The notes beneath the pieces were generated by a model, which saw only the letters and a list, made by a program, of their open reading frames with translations, was not told where the DNA came from and searched no databases. Source: Anaerolineales bacterium (GTDB lineage: Bacteria > Chloroflexota > Anaerolineae > Anaerolineales > JBHHUI01). Taken from it: DNA of 64,000 nucleotides. Below, piece by piece: positions 31,292 to 40,481 of the stretch (within the stretch, counting starts at the first letter, position 1; each line of letters begins with the position of its first letter). A program made the translations under genes and the position numbers. The DNA lies in assembly GCA_965248775.1 (NCBI GenBank), contig OZ252150.1, positions 4,900,027 through 4,964,026 of the forward strand, given 5' to 3'.

Positions 31292-31835
31292 GCCCTGGCA
31301 GGTGCTCGCTCGGCGCACTGTCTATGCCAGTGAGTGGATCAACATGGAGCAATGGGATGTGCGCCTGCCGGACGGCTCCCGGATTCCAGACCATCATGTG
31401 GTTACATTTCCGCGCGAAGCTGTAGGCATCGTTCCCGTGGGAGTCGACGGAAGATTGCTCCTGATCGATCATTATCGCTTTCAGACCGATTCGCGCGGCT
31501 GGGAGATCCCTGCCGGACAGATCGAATCTGGCGAGCAGGTGCTGGAGGCCGCCCGCCGCGAACTGTTGGAGGAGACTGGCCACACCGCAAAACGCTGGCA
31601 GCGTCTCGGCCACTACTACCCTTCCAATGGCTCCAGCAATCAAGTATTTCATGTGTACATCGGCTGGGATGTCTATCGAGTGGGCGCGGTGCATGATACC
31701 AATGAGACACTCGGCCTAAACTGGTTTGAGCCAGACGATGTGCGCGCACGTCTGCAGCGCAATGAAATACGCGATGGCTTTTCGATTACCGGACTACATT
31801 GGGCACTTGCGGGCGCGTTGGGCGACAAGCCTTGA
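31272..31835 (+). CDS. NUDIX hydrolase
   Basis: Nudix box GQIESGEQVLEAARRELLEETG. The ATG at 31272 overlaps the MazG-like gene by 20 nt. Confidence 0.9.
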   Translation: MSATGIKPWQVLARRTVYASEWINMEQWDVRLPDGSRIPDHHVVTFPREAVGIVPVGVDGRLLLIDHYRFQTDSRGWEIPAGQIESGEQVLEAARRELLEETGHTAKRWQRLGHYYPSNGSSNQVFHVYIGWDVYRVGAVHDTNETLGLNWFEPDDVRARLQRNEIRDGFSITGLHWALAGALGDKP

Positions 31836-32476
31836 AAATTCTGGCGATCAGCGACGAAGTCGTGCCGCATATTTATAGTGAAAGAATTCGTGCCCTCTAT
31901 GATGATGTGGACCTGGTGATCGGTTGTGGAGACGTTCCGTTCTACTATCTGGAATATGTTGTCTCCATGTTGCATGCCCCACTTTTTTACGTACATGGAA
32001 ATCACGATCACGCCAAGCAATATATGTCTGATGGGCGTGTCGCCACTTTTGCGGAGGGCTGCGTTTGCGTTGACGATGAAGTTTCAAACCTGGATGGGCT
32101 CACTGCAAAAAAAGGTGGGCTGCTACTGGCTGGGTTGGGAGGCAGCATGCGTTACCGGCCGGGCAAACATCAGTACACGAATAATCAGATGCGCAGGCGC
32201 ATATTTAGTTTGCTCCCCAATTTATTATTTAACCGGCTGCGTTTTGGCCGTTTTTTAGATATCTTGATAACCCACGCGCCGCCACTGGGCATCCACGACA
32301 AACCTGATCCGGCACATGTGGGGTTTCAGGTGTTTAACGACTTTATGCAACGCTTTCGACCACGCTATTTGTTACATGGGCATTCGCATGTGGTGCGCAA
32401 TAATGCCGCGACTCGTACGGAATATCTTTCGACTGAAGTCGTCAACGTCTACCCCTACCGCCTGATCGAGTTCTGA
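31799..32476 (+). CDS. Metallophosphoesterase (calcineurin-like)
   Basis: ILAISDE...GCGD...VHGNHD...HGHSH motifs. The start is either the ATG at 31799 or the TTG at 31832, which overlaps the NUDIX stop (TTGA). Confidence 0.85.
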   Translation: MGTCGRVGRQALKILAISDEVVPHIYSERIRALYDDVDLVIGCGDVPFYYLEYVVSMLHAPLFYVHGNHDHAKQYMSDGRVATFAEGCVCVDDEVSNLDGLTAKKGGLLLAGLGGSMRYRPGKHQYTNNQMRRRIFSLLPNLLFNRLRFGRFLDILITHAPPLGIHDKPDPAHVGFQVFNDFMQRFRPRYLLHGHSHVVRNNAATRTEYLSTEVVNVYPYRLIEF

Positions 32477-32481
32477 GTGAA

Positions 32482-33558
32482 GTGAACGAAGCTTTGATGG
32501 AGACGCGCTGGTCTGATTGGCCTTTCGGTCAGAGTGAATTGACTGCGGGCTTGCGCCGCCATTTGAAGCAGGCCGACCTGGTTGTGGCGCGCATTTGGGA
32601 AGAGCAGCTGCAGTCGCGGCCAGCGATGGGACATATCCGCGGTCTTGGGGTCGAAGTAGTTGCCGGCGGCGAGCAGCACAGATACACGTTCATGCTCAAA
32701 CAGCCGCAAGGCACTACTCGTGTTGGCCTAGCCGGGGTAGGCGTGCGCGAGATCGGTCTCTATAAGCGTCTGTCATCCGATGTGCCGGTCGCTATACCAA
32801 CAATGGTCGCCGCGGCCAAAGATGGGGGTTGGCTTGTTTTGGAAGCACTACCACCGGGACCGCCTCCCGAAACTTGGACTGCGCGAACGTATTCCCATGC
32901 CATTACCGAACTGGGTGTTGTTCACGATCGATTCTGGGAGCTGGCAGAGGACCTGGCTGCCTTTCCATGGCTGGGGCGACCACTCACCACCGATTACGAA
33001 GTCTATATCATGGCGGCCGCCAAGGCGTTTGAAAGCCTGGTGTTTGAAAATAAGTTGACGTTGATCATTTCGGATCCAAGTCAGATATCAGCTCTCTCAC
33101 AACTCATCTCTCAGGCGGATGTTATTGTGGCTGTTTTACGTCACGAGCCGCAAACTCTATTACATGGCGATTACTGGCCGGGCAACATTAGCGCTTCCAA
33201 TCCCGACGCGCATGTGATTTTCGACTGGCAACTTGTGGGTATTGGCCCGGGCATAAATGACCTCGTTTCGTTCCTCACAAAAAGTCAATGGTGGTTCGGT
33301 ACACTGCCGCTTGAACCGCATGAACTCGTGGAGAGATATCGGAACTTCATTGCCGAGCGCACTCACCATTCGTGGACTGACGACGAATGGGAGCGCTTGT
33401 GGGATTATGCGTTGATGTGGATTTTCACAACTGAGTGGCTCAATCTCTTGGCTGCCTCCCCTTCTGCATTGCTTCAGACTCGTCGCGCTGATATCGAAGC
33501 GATCTGGCTTCAGCCGGTCCTCGCGGCTATTGAAAGACAACTTGCCATTAGTGGCTAG
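32482..33558 (+). CDS. Phosphotransferase-family (APH/choline-kinase-like) kinase
   Basis: LLHGDYWPGNI (HxDxxxxN) and IFDWQLVGIGPGINDL. Lies 5 nt downstream of the preceding gene. Confidence 0.8.
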   Translation: MNEALMETRWSDWPFGQSELTAGLRRHLKQADLVVARIWEEQLQSRPAMGHIRGLGVEVVAGGEQHRYTFMLKQPQGTTRVGLAGVGVREIGLYKRLSSDVPVAIPTMVAAAKDGGWLVLEALPPGPPPETWTARTYSHAITELGVVHDRFWELAEDLAAFPWLGRPLTTDYEVYIMAAAKAFESLVFENKLTLIISDPSQISALSQLISQADVIVAVLRHEPQTLLHGDYWPGNISASNPDAHVIFDWQLVGIGPGINDLVSFLTKSQWWFGTLPLEPHELVERYRNFIAERTHHSWTDDEWERLWDYALMWIFTTEWLNLLAASPSALLQTRRADIEAIWLQPVLAAIERQLAISG

Positions 33559-33743
33559 TTGGACGCAGATGAGTATGGATTTACCTGATTAGTCCGAAAA
33601 TCACCTGCTAAGATCAATCTCATCTCTAAATTGTAAGCCAACAAGTGTCTCGCTGGAATTTACGCAGTGCTCGATATCCGACTTCATCCGGGCCGCAAAG
33701 ACTATAGGCTTTGTGATGAATGTCCTGTGGTAGACTTCCCGGC

Positions 33744-34301
33744 ATGTCAGTTCAGCCAGTTGTATCTGTATTTGGCGGTTCAATACCGGAGCCGGGCAGT
33801 GCTCATTATGAGCAAGCACAACGCCTTGGCAAACTGTTAGCGCAGGCCGGTTACATCGCAGCCACAGGGGGCTATACGGGCGTGATGGAGGCTGTCAGTC
33901 GGGGTGCAAACGAGGCGGGTGGGCATGTCATTGGTGTGACTTGCGACCGCATCGAGCAGACATACGACCGTCGTAAGAATCGCTGGGTGATCGAGCAGGT
34001 TCACTATAAGACACTCGGTGAGCGACTGCGCCATCTCGTCGAACAATGTGACGCTGCCATCGCCATGCCGGGCGGCACCGGCACCCTCAGTGAAGTTGCT
34101 TACACATGGAGCCTAATCCAGACAGGTGAGATCGATTCCAAGCCGCTTGTTGTTGTGGGGGAACGCTGGAGCGCTACGATTGCAGCTTTCCTTAACGAAA
34201 CTGACGGATACACTAACGAAAAAGACCGCAAGCTAATTCAACTGGCTCGTAATGCCGATGAAGCAGTAACGAAACTGGACACATTACAGATAACGATGTA
34301 A
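33744..34301 (+). CDS. LOG/TIGR00725-like Rossmann-fold nucleotide-binding protein
   Basis: VSVFGGS...ATGGYTGVMEAVSRGA...PGGTGTLSEV motifs. Start placed at the MSVQPVVSVFGG ATG. Confidence 0.8.
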   Translation: MSVQPVVSVFGGSIPEPGSAHYEQAQRLGKLLAQAGYIAATGGYTGVMEAVSRGANEAGGHVIGVTCDRIEQTYDRRKNRWVIEQVHYKTLGERLRHLVEQCDAAIAMPGGTGTLSEVAYTWSLIQTGEIDSKPLVVVGERWSATIAAFLNETDGYTNEKDRKLIQLARNADEAVTKLDTLQITM

Positions 34302-34379
34302 TTCCTTCGGGACTTCCCTCTCCGTGAGTGGTCGTCTCTCGAAATAAGCCAGATATTTTTCACTCAACAATTATAATAA

Positions 34380-35819
34380 ATGTCCGAACAAAAAATTCCC
34401 CCGCGCAGCGAAGATTTCAACGAGTGGTACAACACGCTTGTCCTGCGCGCCGACCTGGCAGATTACGGCCCGGCGCGCGGAACAATGATCATCAAACCCT
34501 ACGGTTGGACGTTGTGGGAGAACATTCAACAGGCACTCGACAAGCGCTTCAAGGCCACCGGGCATGTTAATGCCGGTTTCCCTATGCTCATTCCGCGTAG
34601 TTTTCTGGAGCGCGAGGCTGCGCATGTGGAGGGCTTTGCCCCGGAACTGGCAGTTGTCACTATCGGTGGCGGCAAAGAACTTGAAGAGCCACTGGTTGTG
34701 CGACCTACCTCCGAGACACTCATCGGGCACGCCTATGCCAAGTGGATCAAGTCGTACCGCGATCTGCCAGTGCTGATCAACCTGTGGAACAGCGTCGTAC
34801 GTTGGGAAATGCGCACGAAGCTGTTCTTGCGCACGCTGGAATTCTGGTGGCAGGAGGGCCATACCGCCCACGCCACGTATGATGAAGCACAGCATGAGAC
34901 GTTGCAAATGCTGGATGTCTATGTTGACTTCGCCGTCAACGAAGCGGCTATCCCGGCTTTTTACGGGCGTAAGAGCGAGAGCGAGCGCTTCCCTGGGGCG
35001 CAAGAAACTTATTCGCTGGAAGCGATGATGGGCGATAAAAAAGCCCTTCAATCCGCTACTTCGCATAATCTGGGCCAGAACTTTGCCAAAGCCTTCGAGA
35101 TTCAATACCTCGACCGTAATAATGAATTACAGTATTGCTGGACGACATCGTGGGGTCTTTCAAGCCGCATGGTGGGCGCTATCATCATGACGCATGGTGA
35201 CGATCAAGGGCTCATCCTGCCGCCTCGCCTGGCGCCCCATCAGGTTGTAATTGTGCCCATATTCAAGAATGAGGATGAGCAGAGCGCAGTGATGGAAGTT
35301 GTTACGCGTGTCTGTGCAGAATTGGTGGCGGCCGATGTGCGTGTGAAAGTGGATGAGCGTGATGGTCTGACCCCCGGCTTTAAGTTTAACGACTGGGAAA
35401 TGCGCGGTGTCCCGCTTCGTTTGGAGATTGGCCCGAAAGATGTTGCCAAGGGGAGCGTCGCACTCGCCCGGCGGGATGTGCCCGGCCGGGAGGGCAAGTC
35501 GTTCGTATCACAGGACGGTCTTCCCGAGCAGGTTCGCAAAACCCTCGATGATATCCAGGCAACATTATTGGCCCGCGCGACCGCGTTTCGCGATGAGAAC
35601 ACGCACAAGCCGGCCACATACGACGAATTCAAAGAGATCGTGCGTTCAGGGTTTGCCTATGCCTGGTGGTGTGAAGATGCGGATTGCGAAGCCAAAATCA
35701 AAGCTGAGACGAAAGCCACCACGCGTTGCATCCCGTTCGATCAGTCCGATGAGAGCGGTCAGTGCATCTATTGCGGAAAGCCAGCCGATACTAGAATTTA
35801 CTTCGCGCGCACGTATTAA
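34380..35819 (+). CDS. proS: Prolyl-tRNA synthetase (archaeal/eukaryote-like type)
   Basis: ...FNEWYNTLVLRADLADYGPARGTMIIKPYGWTLWE...RPTSETLI...WNSVVRWEMRTKLFLRTLEFWWQEGHTAH...C-terminal zinc-type CEDADCE...CIYCG. Confidence 0.95.
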   Translation: MSEQKIPPRSEDFNEWYNTLVLRADLADYGPARGTMIIKPYGWTLWENIQQALDKRFKATGHVNAGFPMLIPRSFLEREAAHVEGFAPELAVVTIGGGKELEEPLVVRPTSETLIGHAYAKWIKSYRDLPVLINLWNSVVRWEMRTKLFLRTLEFWWQEGHTAHATYDEAQHETLQMLDVYVDFAVNEAAIPAFYGRKSESERFPGAQETYSLEAMMGDKKALQSATSHNLGQNFAKAFEIQYLDRNNELQYCWTTSWGLSSRMVGAIIMTHGDDQGLILPPRLAPHQVVIVPIFKNEDEQSAVMEVVTRVCAELVAADVRVKVDERDGLTPGFKFNDWEMRGVPLRLEIGPKDVAKGSVALARRDVPGREGKSFVSQDGLPEQVRKTLDDIQATLLARATAFRDENTHKPATYDEFKEIVRSGFAYAWWCEDADCEAKIKAETKATTRCIPFDQSDESGQCIYCGKPADTRIYFARTY

Positions 35820-35849
35820 TTTCACTAATTGACCGGTCGCCAAACACAA

Positions 35850-36440
35850 ATGAATCCCGGACCGGTTACGCTCACCGGCCAATATATCCGTCTCGAACCG
35901 CTCTCGAAAGATCATGCTCCCGGTCTTTTTGAAGCTGGGCGGTATCCACAAGTATGGGAGTTCATGGCCCGCGGATCCGCGCCCTTTGTTGCTCTTGCAG
36001 ATGCCGAGCAATGGGTAGACGATGCACTCCGACAAGTGGAAAACGACCAGATACCTTTTGCCTATGTTCATTTGGCAAGTGAGACAGCAATCGGAACCAC
36101 ACGCTATCTGGATATTCACCGCATGGATCGGGCAATCGAAGTGGGCTGGACCTGGCTTCATCCGGATTACTGGCGTACGGCTGTCAATACAGAAGCCAAA
36201 TATCTGCTCTTGAATCACGCGTTTGAGACCCTTGGCGCGGTACGGGTGCAACTCAAGACCGATGTTCTCAACGTGCGCTCCCGGCGAGCCATCGAACGGA
36301 TCGGTGGGGTGCAAGAAGGCATTCTGCGCTCGCACCTGTTGCGCGATGATGGGCGCTGGCGCGATTCGGTCTATTACAGTCTTCTCAACAGCGAGTGGCC
36401 TGCCGCCAAAGCCCGGCTGAAATCGTTCCTGGTACGCTGA
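35850..36440 (+). CDS. GNAT-family N-acetyltransferase (RimJ/RimL-like)
   Basis: VTLTGQYIRLEPLSKDHAPGLFEA...TAVNTEAKYLLLNHAFETLGAVRVQLKTDVLNVRSRRAIERIG. The ATG at 35850 is preferred over the TTG at 35829. Confidence 0.85.
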   Translation: MNPGPVTLTGQYIRLEPLSKDHAPGLFEAGRYPQVWEFMARGSAPFVALADAEQWVDDALRQVENDQIPFAYVHLASETAIGTTRYLDIHRMDRAIEVGWTWLHPDYWRTAVNTEAKYLLLNHAFETLGAVRVQLKTDVLNVRSRRAIERIGGVQEGILRSHLLRDDGRWRDSVYYSLLNSEWPAAKARLKSFLVR

Positions 36441-36506
36441 TTGCACTATTGGAAGCGCCGATCGTACCGATACTATATAATCAAATTGTCGACTAGATGA
36501 CATAAT

Positions 36507-37307
36507 ATGCCCGCGATAGATAATACCCTTGTTCGAGAGCAGGCCGCTGAGTTGGCGGAACTTTACAATTCCCCACAGGAATTGATCCGGCCATTGGGCA
36601 AGGTCCTCGAACAGCATGCTGATCCCACTCTGAGGCAGAGCCTGGTTGTTTCCATCAATGCGCCTCTCTCAGGCTACGGTACGCCGCGGCCTGTATTGCG
36701 TGCGATCCTGGGGCAACTTCGCAAACCGGTCCGCAAAAACCCGGACTGCGCTTTTGAGTTGTCTGAGGTGCTCTGGGCCTCGGGTTCCCGAGAGGAGCGC
36801 TGGCTGGCCGGGGAGTTGCTCAGTCTTTGCACATCCACCGACCCTGGTCTCGCTGAGGAGATGTTGAATCGCTGGCGGCTCGATCTGCATGACGCCGGGA
36901 TGGCAGATGCACTGGGCCTCTCGGCGGGCGCGGCTGTTCTGCGTCTCAATACTCGGGAACATCTCTCTGATGTACGCGTGTGGCTCCATGCTGGGCATCG
37001 CTGGACACGCCGCTTTGGCCTCGCTGCTCTGGTCGGATTGGTGCAATCCGGGGATTTCCGAGATGGGGCCGCTATTCTGGAGACTATCAAGACCTCCATG
37101 TCCGAATCGGATACGGAAGTGCGCTCCGCGGTTGCGTGGCTGCTGCGCGAGTTGACGCCCATCAGTCCACTGGACGTTGTCCGCTTCCTGCGCGATTGGG
37201 CGAACAGTATGAACCGCCAGGCTCACTGGATCATCCGGCATAGCCTGGACATGCTGGATACCCAAGCCCGCAGCGAGATTCAGCTTGCGCTGCGCGGTAG
37301 CGGCTAG
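36507..37307 (+). CDS. DNA alkylation repair (AlkD-like HEAT-repeat) family protein
   Basis: Helical-repeat protein with ...RWTRRFGLAALVGLV... and ...VRSAVAWLLRELTPISPLDVVRFLRDW... The family call is from pattern memory only. Confidence 0.55.
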   Translation: MPAIDNTLVREQAAELAELYNSPQELIRPLGKVLEQHADPTLRQSLVVSINAPLSGYGTPRPVLRAILGQLRKPVRKNPDCAFELSEVLWASGSREERWLAGELLSLCTSTDPGLAEEMLNRWRLDLHDAGMADALGLSAGAAVLRLNTREHLSDVRVWLHAGHRWTRRFGLAALVGLVQSGDFRDGAAILETIKTSMSESDTEVRSAVAWLLRELTPISPLDVVRFLRDWANSMNRQAHWIIRHSLDMLDTQARSEIQLALRGSG

Positions 37308-37343
37308 CGCGAAACCTGTCGCAGCAACATCCTCTCAAACCTA

Positions 37344-37370
37344 TTCACACCGTCCCGTCCTTGGTATAAT
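37344..37370 (+). promoter_or_regulatory. Candidate promoter of rpsO (TTCACA, 15 nt, extended -10 TGgTATAAT)
   Basis: ttcaca at 37344-37349 and tggtataat at 37362-37370, about 80 nt upstream of the rpsO ATG. The intervening leader is GC-rich and foldable. Confidence 0.4.
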
Positions 37371-37452
37371 CCGCACGTTGACTTGACCCTTAGGGTGGCG
37401 GCACCTGCAATTATTGCGACCCGGCGGGCGACTTGCTAAGGAGGCAGATGTC

Positions 37453-37734
37453 ATGCCATTAGATAAATCTATAAAAACCGAAGTTATCAAAGAGTTCCAA
37501 CGCGAGTCGAATGACACTGGCTCGCCCGAAGTTCAGATCGCAATTCTCTCAAAGCGGATTGAACAGCTAACCGAGCATTTGCGCGAGCACAAGAAAGACG
37601 AACATTCGCGGCGCGGATTGCTCAAGTTGGTCGGGAAACGCCGGCGGCACCTGAAATACCTAAGCCGCCACGATCCCGGATCGTTCGAGCGTATCACATC
37701 CCAACTGGGCATCCGAACGCGACGAACTGCGTAA
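37453..37734 (+). CDS. rpsO: 30S ribosomal protein S15
   Basis: [80 protein letters not shown]. Confidence 0.97.
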   Translation: MPLDKSIKTEVIKEFQRESNDTGSPEVQIAILSKRIEQLTEHLREHKKDEHSRRGLLKLVGKRRRHLKYLSRHDPGSFERITSQLGIRTRRTA

Positions 37735-38049
37735 GTGACTTTTATTCGCGCGTAAATGACGAGTACATTAGTCGTTTACTCGCTTTGTCCTAAATAGCCA
37801 GTTTTTTGCCTAAGTGACGGTGACGTATCGTTCGACGATACGCGCGAACATATTGAAGGTTGAAATTTAGCCCCACAAGGGTAAAAACTGGGTAAATAAA
37901 TCGAATCGCCGGTGCATCGGCTGTTGGGAATTGGAAAGAGGGCAGTGAGCCACTTCTGAATTCTTTCCAGTCCCTAACCCTTGTGCCCGGCAAAAAATTA
38001 TGCCAGACCCTCCCCGTATGTGACGGGCTGGGCACGGAGGTACTTTCAC

Positions 38050-40302
38050 ATGTCTGAAGCAAAACAATATAATGCCGTTGTCGGCGGAGATCTGATCACC
38101 GTCGAGACTGGCAAACTCGCGCGCCTGGCAGGCGGCGCTGTTACGATCCGTCAGGGCGATACCGTCCTGCTCGTAACAGCCACTATGTCCAAAAAGCCAC
38201 GCGACGGGATTTCTTTTCTCCCGCTCAGCGTTGACTATGAGGAACGCCTTTATGCAGCCGGGCGCATTCCCGGCTCGTTCTTCCGGCGCGAAGGTCGCCC
38301 GAGCGAAGGCGGCATTCTAACGTGCCGTCTGACGGACCGGCCACTGCGACCACTTTTCCCCAAAGATTTCCGCAACGAAGTCCAGATCATCATCACAGCG
38401 CTCTCGATCGACCAGACCTATCAGCCGGACATTCTTGCTGTGGTTGGTGCGAGCATGGCTCTTACACTGTCTGATATTCCATTCGGTGTCGCCCCCTACA
38501 ATGGGCCCATTGGTGCTGTGCGCGTCGGTCTGATCGACGGCGAATTCGTTGCCAATCCCACTTTCGACCAAATGTTCGAGACAACGCTCGACCTGCGCGT
38601 CGCCGGGACACGCGACGGTATAGGGATGGTGGAATGCGGTGCACAGGAAGTGTCCGAAGATACCATGGTAGCCGCGCTCGACTTCGCACACGAGCAATAT
38701 CAACCGTTGATCGATCTGCAGGTGCAGCTTGCCGAGGAAGCCGGGAAACCGAAGATCACTGATTACACTCGCTTTGCGCTGGATGAGAATATCAAGAGCG
38801 AAGTGTCTAATGCAATGCGCGAGCGAGTTGTCGGCGTGTTGGGCGAAGAACTGGACAAGGATGCTCGTGATGAGCAGTTGCGCACGCTCGAAGATGAACT
38901 CGTTGATTCCTATGATGGTCGCGACGATATTAATCTTTCCGATGTTCGCGATGCCTTCCACAGCATCGTCAAGACGGAAACGCGCCGCCGCATTGTCGAG
39001 GATCACGTTCGACCGGATGGTCGCGGTCTAACTGAGATTCGCCCGCTGGAGGCAGAGACCGGCCTTAGCCCGCGTGCACACGGCTCCGGCTTGTTCACAC
39101 GCGGCGAGACCCAGGTTCTCAGCCTGGCGACGCTAGGCACACCGCGTGATGCTCAGAGACTGGATACACTCTCTCCGGTGGACGAGAAGCGCTATATGCA
39201 TCACTATAATTTCCCGCCCTACAGCACCGGCGAGACCTGGTTCCTGCGGGGACCCAAACGCCGCGAAATTGGGCACGGCGCGCTCGCCGAGACCGCCCTG
39301 CGTTACGTACTGCCGTCTGTGGATGAGTTTCCCTACACCTTGCGGGTCGTCTCGGAATCTCTGGCTTCAAACGGCTCGACGTCAATGGCCTCAGTCTGCG
39401 GTTCCACGCTGGCATTGATGGATGCCGGTGTACCCATTCGAAAGCCCGTCGGCGGTATCGCCATGGGGCTCGTCAAAGAGGGTGAAAAATATGTAGTGCT
39501 GACGGATATCCAAGGTATGGAAGACCATATCGGGGATATGGACTTCAAAGTGGCCGGAACCGAAGATGGTATCACGGCCCTGCAAATGGATATCAAGATC
39601 ACCGGCATTACGCATGAGATCATGGCGCAGGCACTCTCGCAGGCGAAGGATGCTCGCGTTGCAATCTTGAAAACGATCACGGATCATATACCGGAAGCGC
39701 GCGCAGAGATGTCTCCGTTTGCGCCACGTATGACCATCGTGCAGGTGCCGATTGAGAAGATTGGTGCCATCATCGGGCCGGGGGGCAAGACAATCCGCGC
39801 GATTCAAGAAGATACCGGTGCGAAGATCGATATTGAGGATGATGGTCGTGTCTTCATCGCGGCTTCGGAAGGCCCGGCTGCGGATAAGGCCCGCGATCTA
39901 ATCGAAGCGCTCACGCAGTCCGCTGAGATCGGTACGATCTACACGGGCAAGGTTGTGCGCGTAACCGACTTTGGCGCGTTTGTCGAGGTGTTCCCTGGAA
40001 CGGAAGGACTGGTGCACATCAGCCAGCTTGCCGACTATCGTGTTGAACGCGTGGAAGATATCGCGCGTGAAGGCGATGAACTCACCGTGATGGTGACGGA
40101 TATCCGCAATGATGGCAAAATCCGTCTCTCGCGGCAGGCGGTTCTCGAGGGATGGACTGCCGAGGAAGCCCGTGAAAAGGATCGTCCTTCAGGCGGCCGG
40201 GGTGGAAATCGTGGCGGTGGTCGCGATAACCGTGGCGGTGGCCGTGGTCGCGGCGGCCAGCGTGGTGGACGGGATAACCGTGGTGGTGGTCAGCGCAGGT
40301 AG
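38050..40302 (+). CDS. pnp: Polyribonucleotide nucleotidyltransferase (PNPase) with an RGG-rich C-terminal tail
   Basis: Two RNase PH domains, KH (IGAIIGPGGKTIRAIQEDTGAKIDI) and S1 (GTIYTGKVVRVTDFGAFVEV), then GGRGGNRGGGRDNRGGGRGRGGQRGGRDNRGGGQRR. Start placed at the MSEAKQYNAV ATG. Confidence 0.97.
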   Translation: MSEAKQYNAVVGGDLITVETGKLARLAGGAVTIRQGDTVLLVTATMSKKPRDGISFLPLSVDYEERLYAAGRIPGSFFRREGRPSEGGILTCRLTDRPLRPLFPKDFRNEVQIIITALSIDQTYQPDILAVVGASMALTLSDIPFGVAPYNGPIGAVRVGLIDGEFVANPTFDQMFETTLDLRVAGTRDGIGMVECGAQEVSEDTMVAALDFAHEQYQPLIDLQVQLAEEAGKPKITDYTRFALDENIKSEVSNAMRERVVGVLGEELDKDARDEQLRTLEDELVDSYDGRDDINLSDVRDAFHSIVKTETRRRIVEDHVRPDGRGLTEIRPLEAETGLSPRAHGSGLFTRGETQVLSLATLGTPRDAQRLDTLSPVDEKRYMHHYNFPPYSTGETWFLRGPKRREIGHGALAETALRYVLPSVDEFPYTLRVVSESLASNGSTSMASVCGSTLALMDAGVPIRKPVGGIAMGLVKEGEKYVVLTDIQGMEDHIGDMDFKVAGTEDGITALQMDIKITGITHEIMAQALSQAKDARVAILKTITDHIPEARAEMSPFAPRMTIVQVPIEKIGAIIGPGGKTIRAIQEDTGAKIDIEDDGRVFIAASEGPAADKARDLIEALTQSAEIGTIYTGKVVRVTDFGAFVEVFPGTEGLVHISQLADYRVERVEDIAREGDELTVMVTDIRNDGKIRLSRQAVLEGWTAEEAREKDRPSGGRGGNRGGGRDNRGGGRGRGGQRGGRDNRGGGQRR

Positions 40303-40326
40303 CTCCACGCCTTAAACAAGCTTTAC

Positions 40327-40372
40327 AACACGGATTACCCGGGCGAAACGAGACCGCGTAATCCGTGTTTAA
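40327..40372 (+). terminator. Hairpin terminator-like element after pnp
   Basis: aacacggattac pairs with gtaatccgtgtt at 40358-40369 across a 19-nt loop, followed by an A/T-rich tail. Confidence 0.5.
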
Positions 40373-40481
40373 TTAACAGGAGTGGCAGTGCAGGCCCGCT
40401 GCACCACCGAGTGATGATAATTCAAGGGCTTTTTTAAAATACTGAAAATTTCCATCGCCATTACGAGAAAGTTGCGTTAGC

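Noticed and set aside
35646-36617. A 323-aa minus-strand ORF overlapping proS, the GNAT gene and the AlkD-like gene.
   Set aside because: It spans three well-supported plus-strand genes and their intergenic gaps, and it has no motifs.
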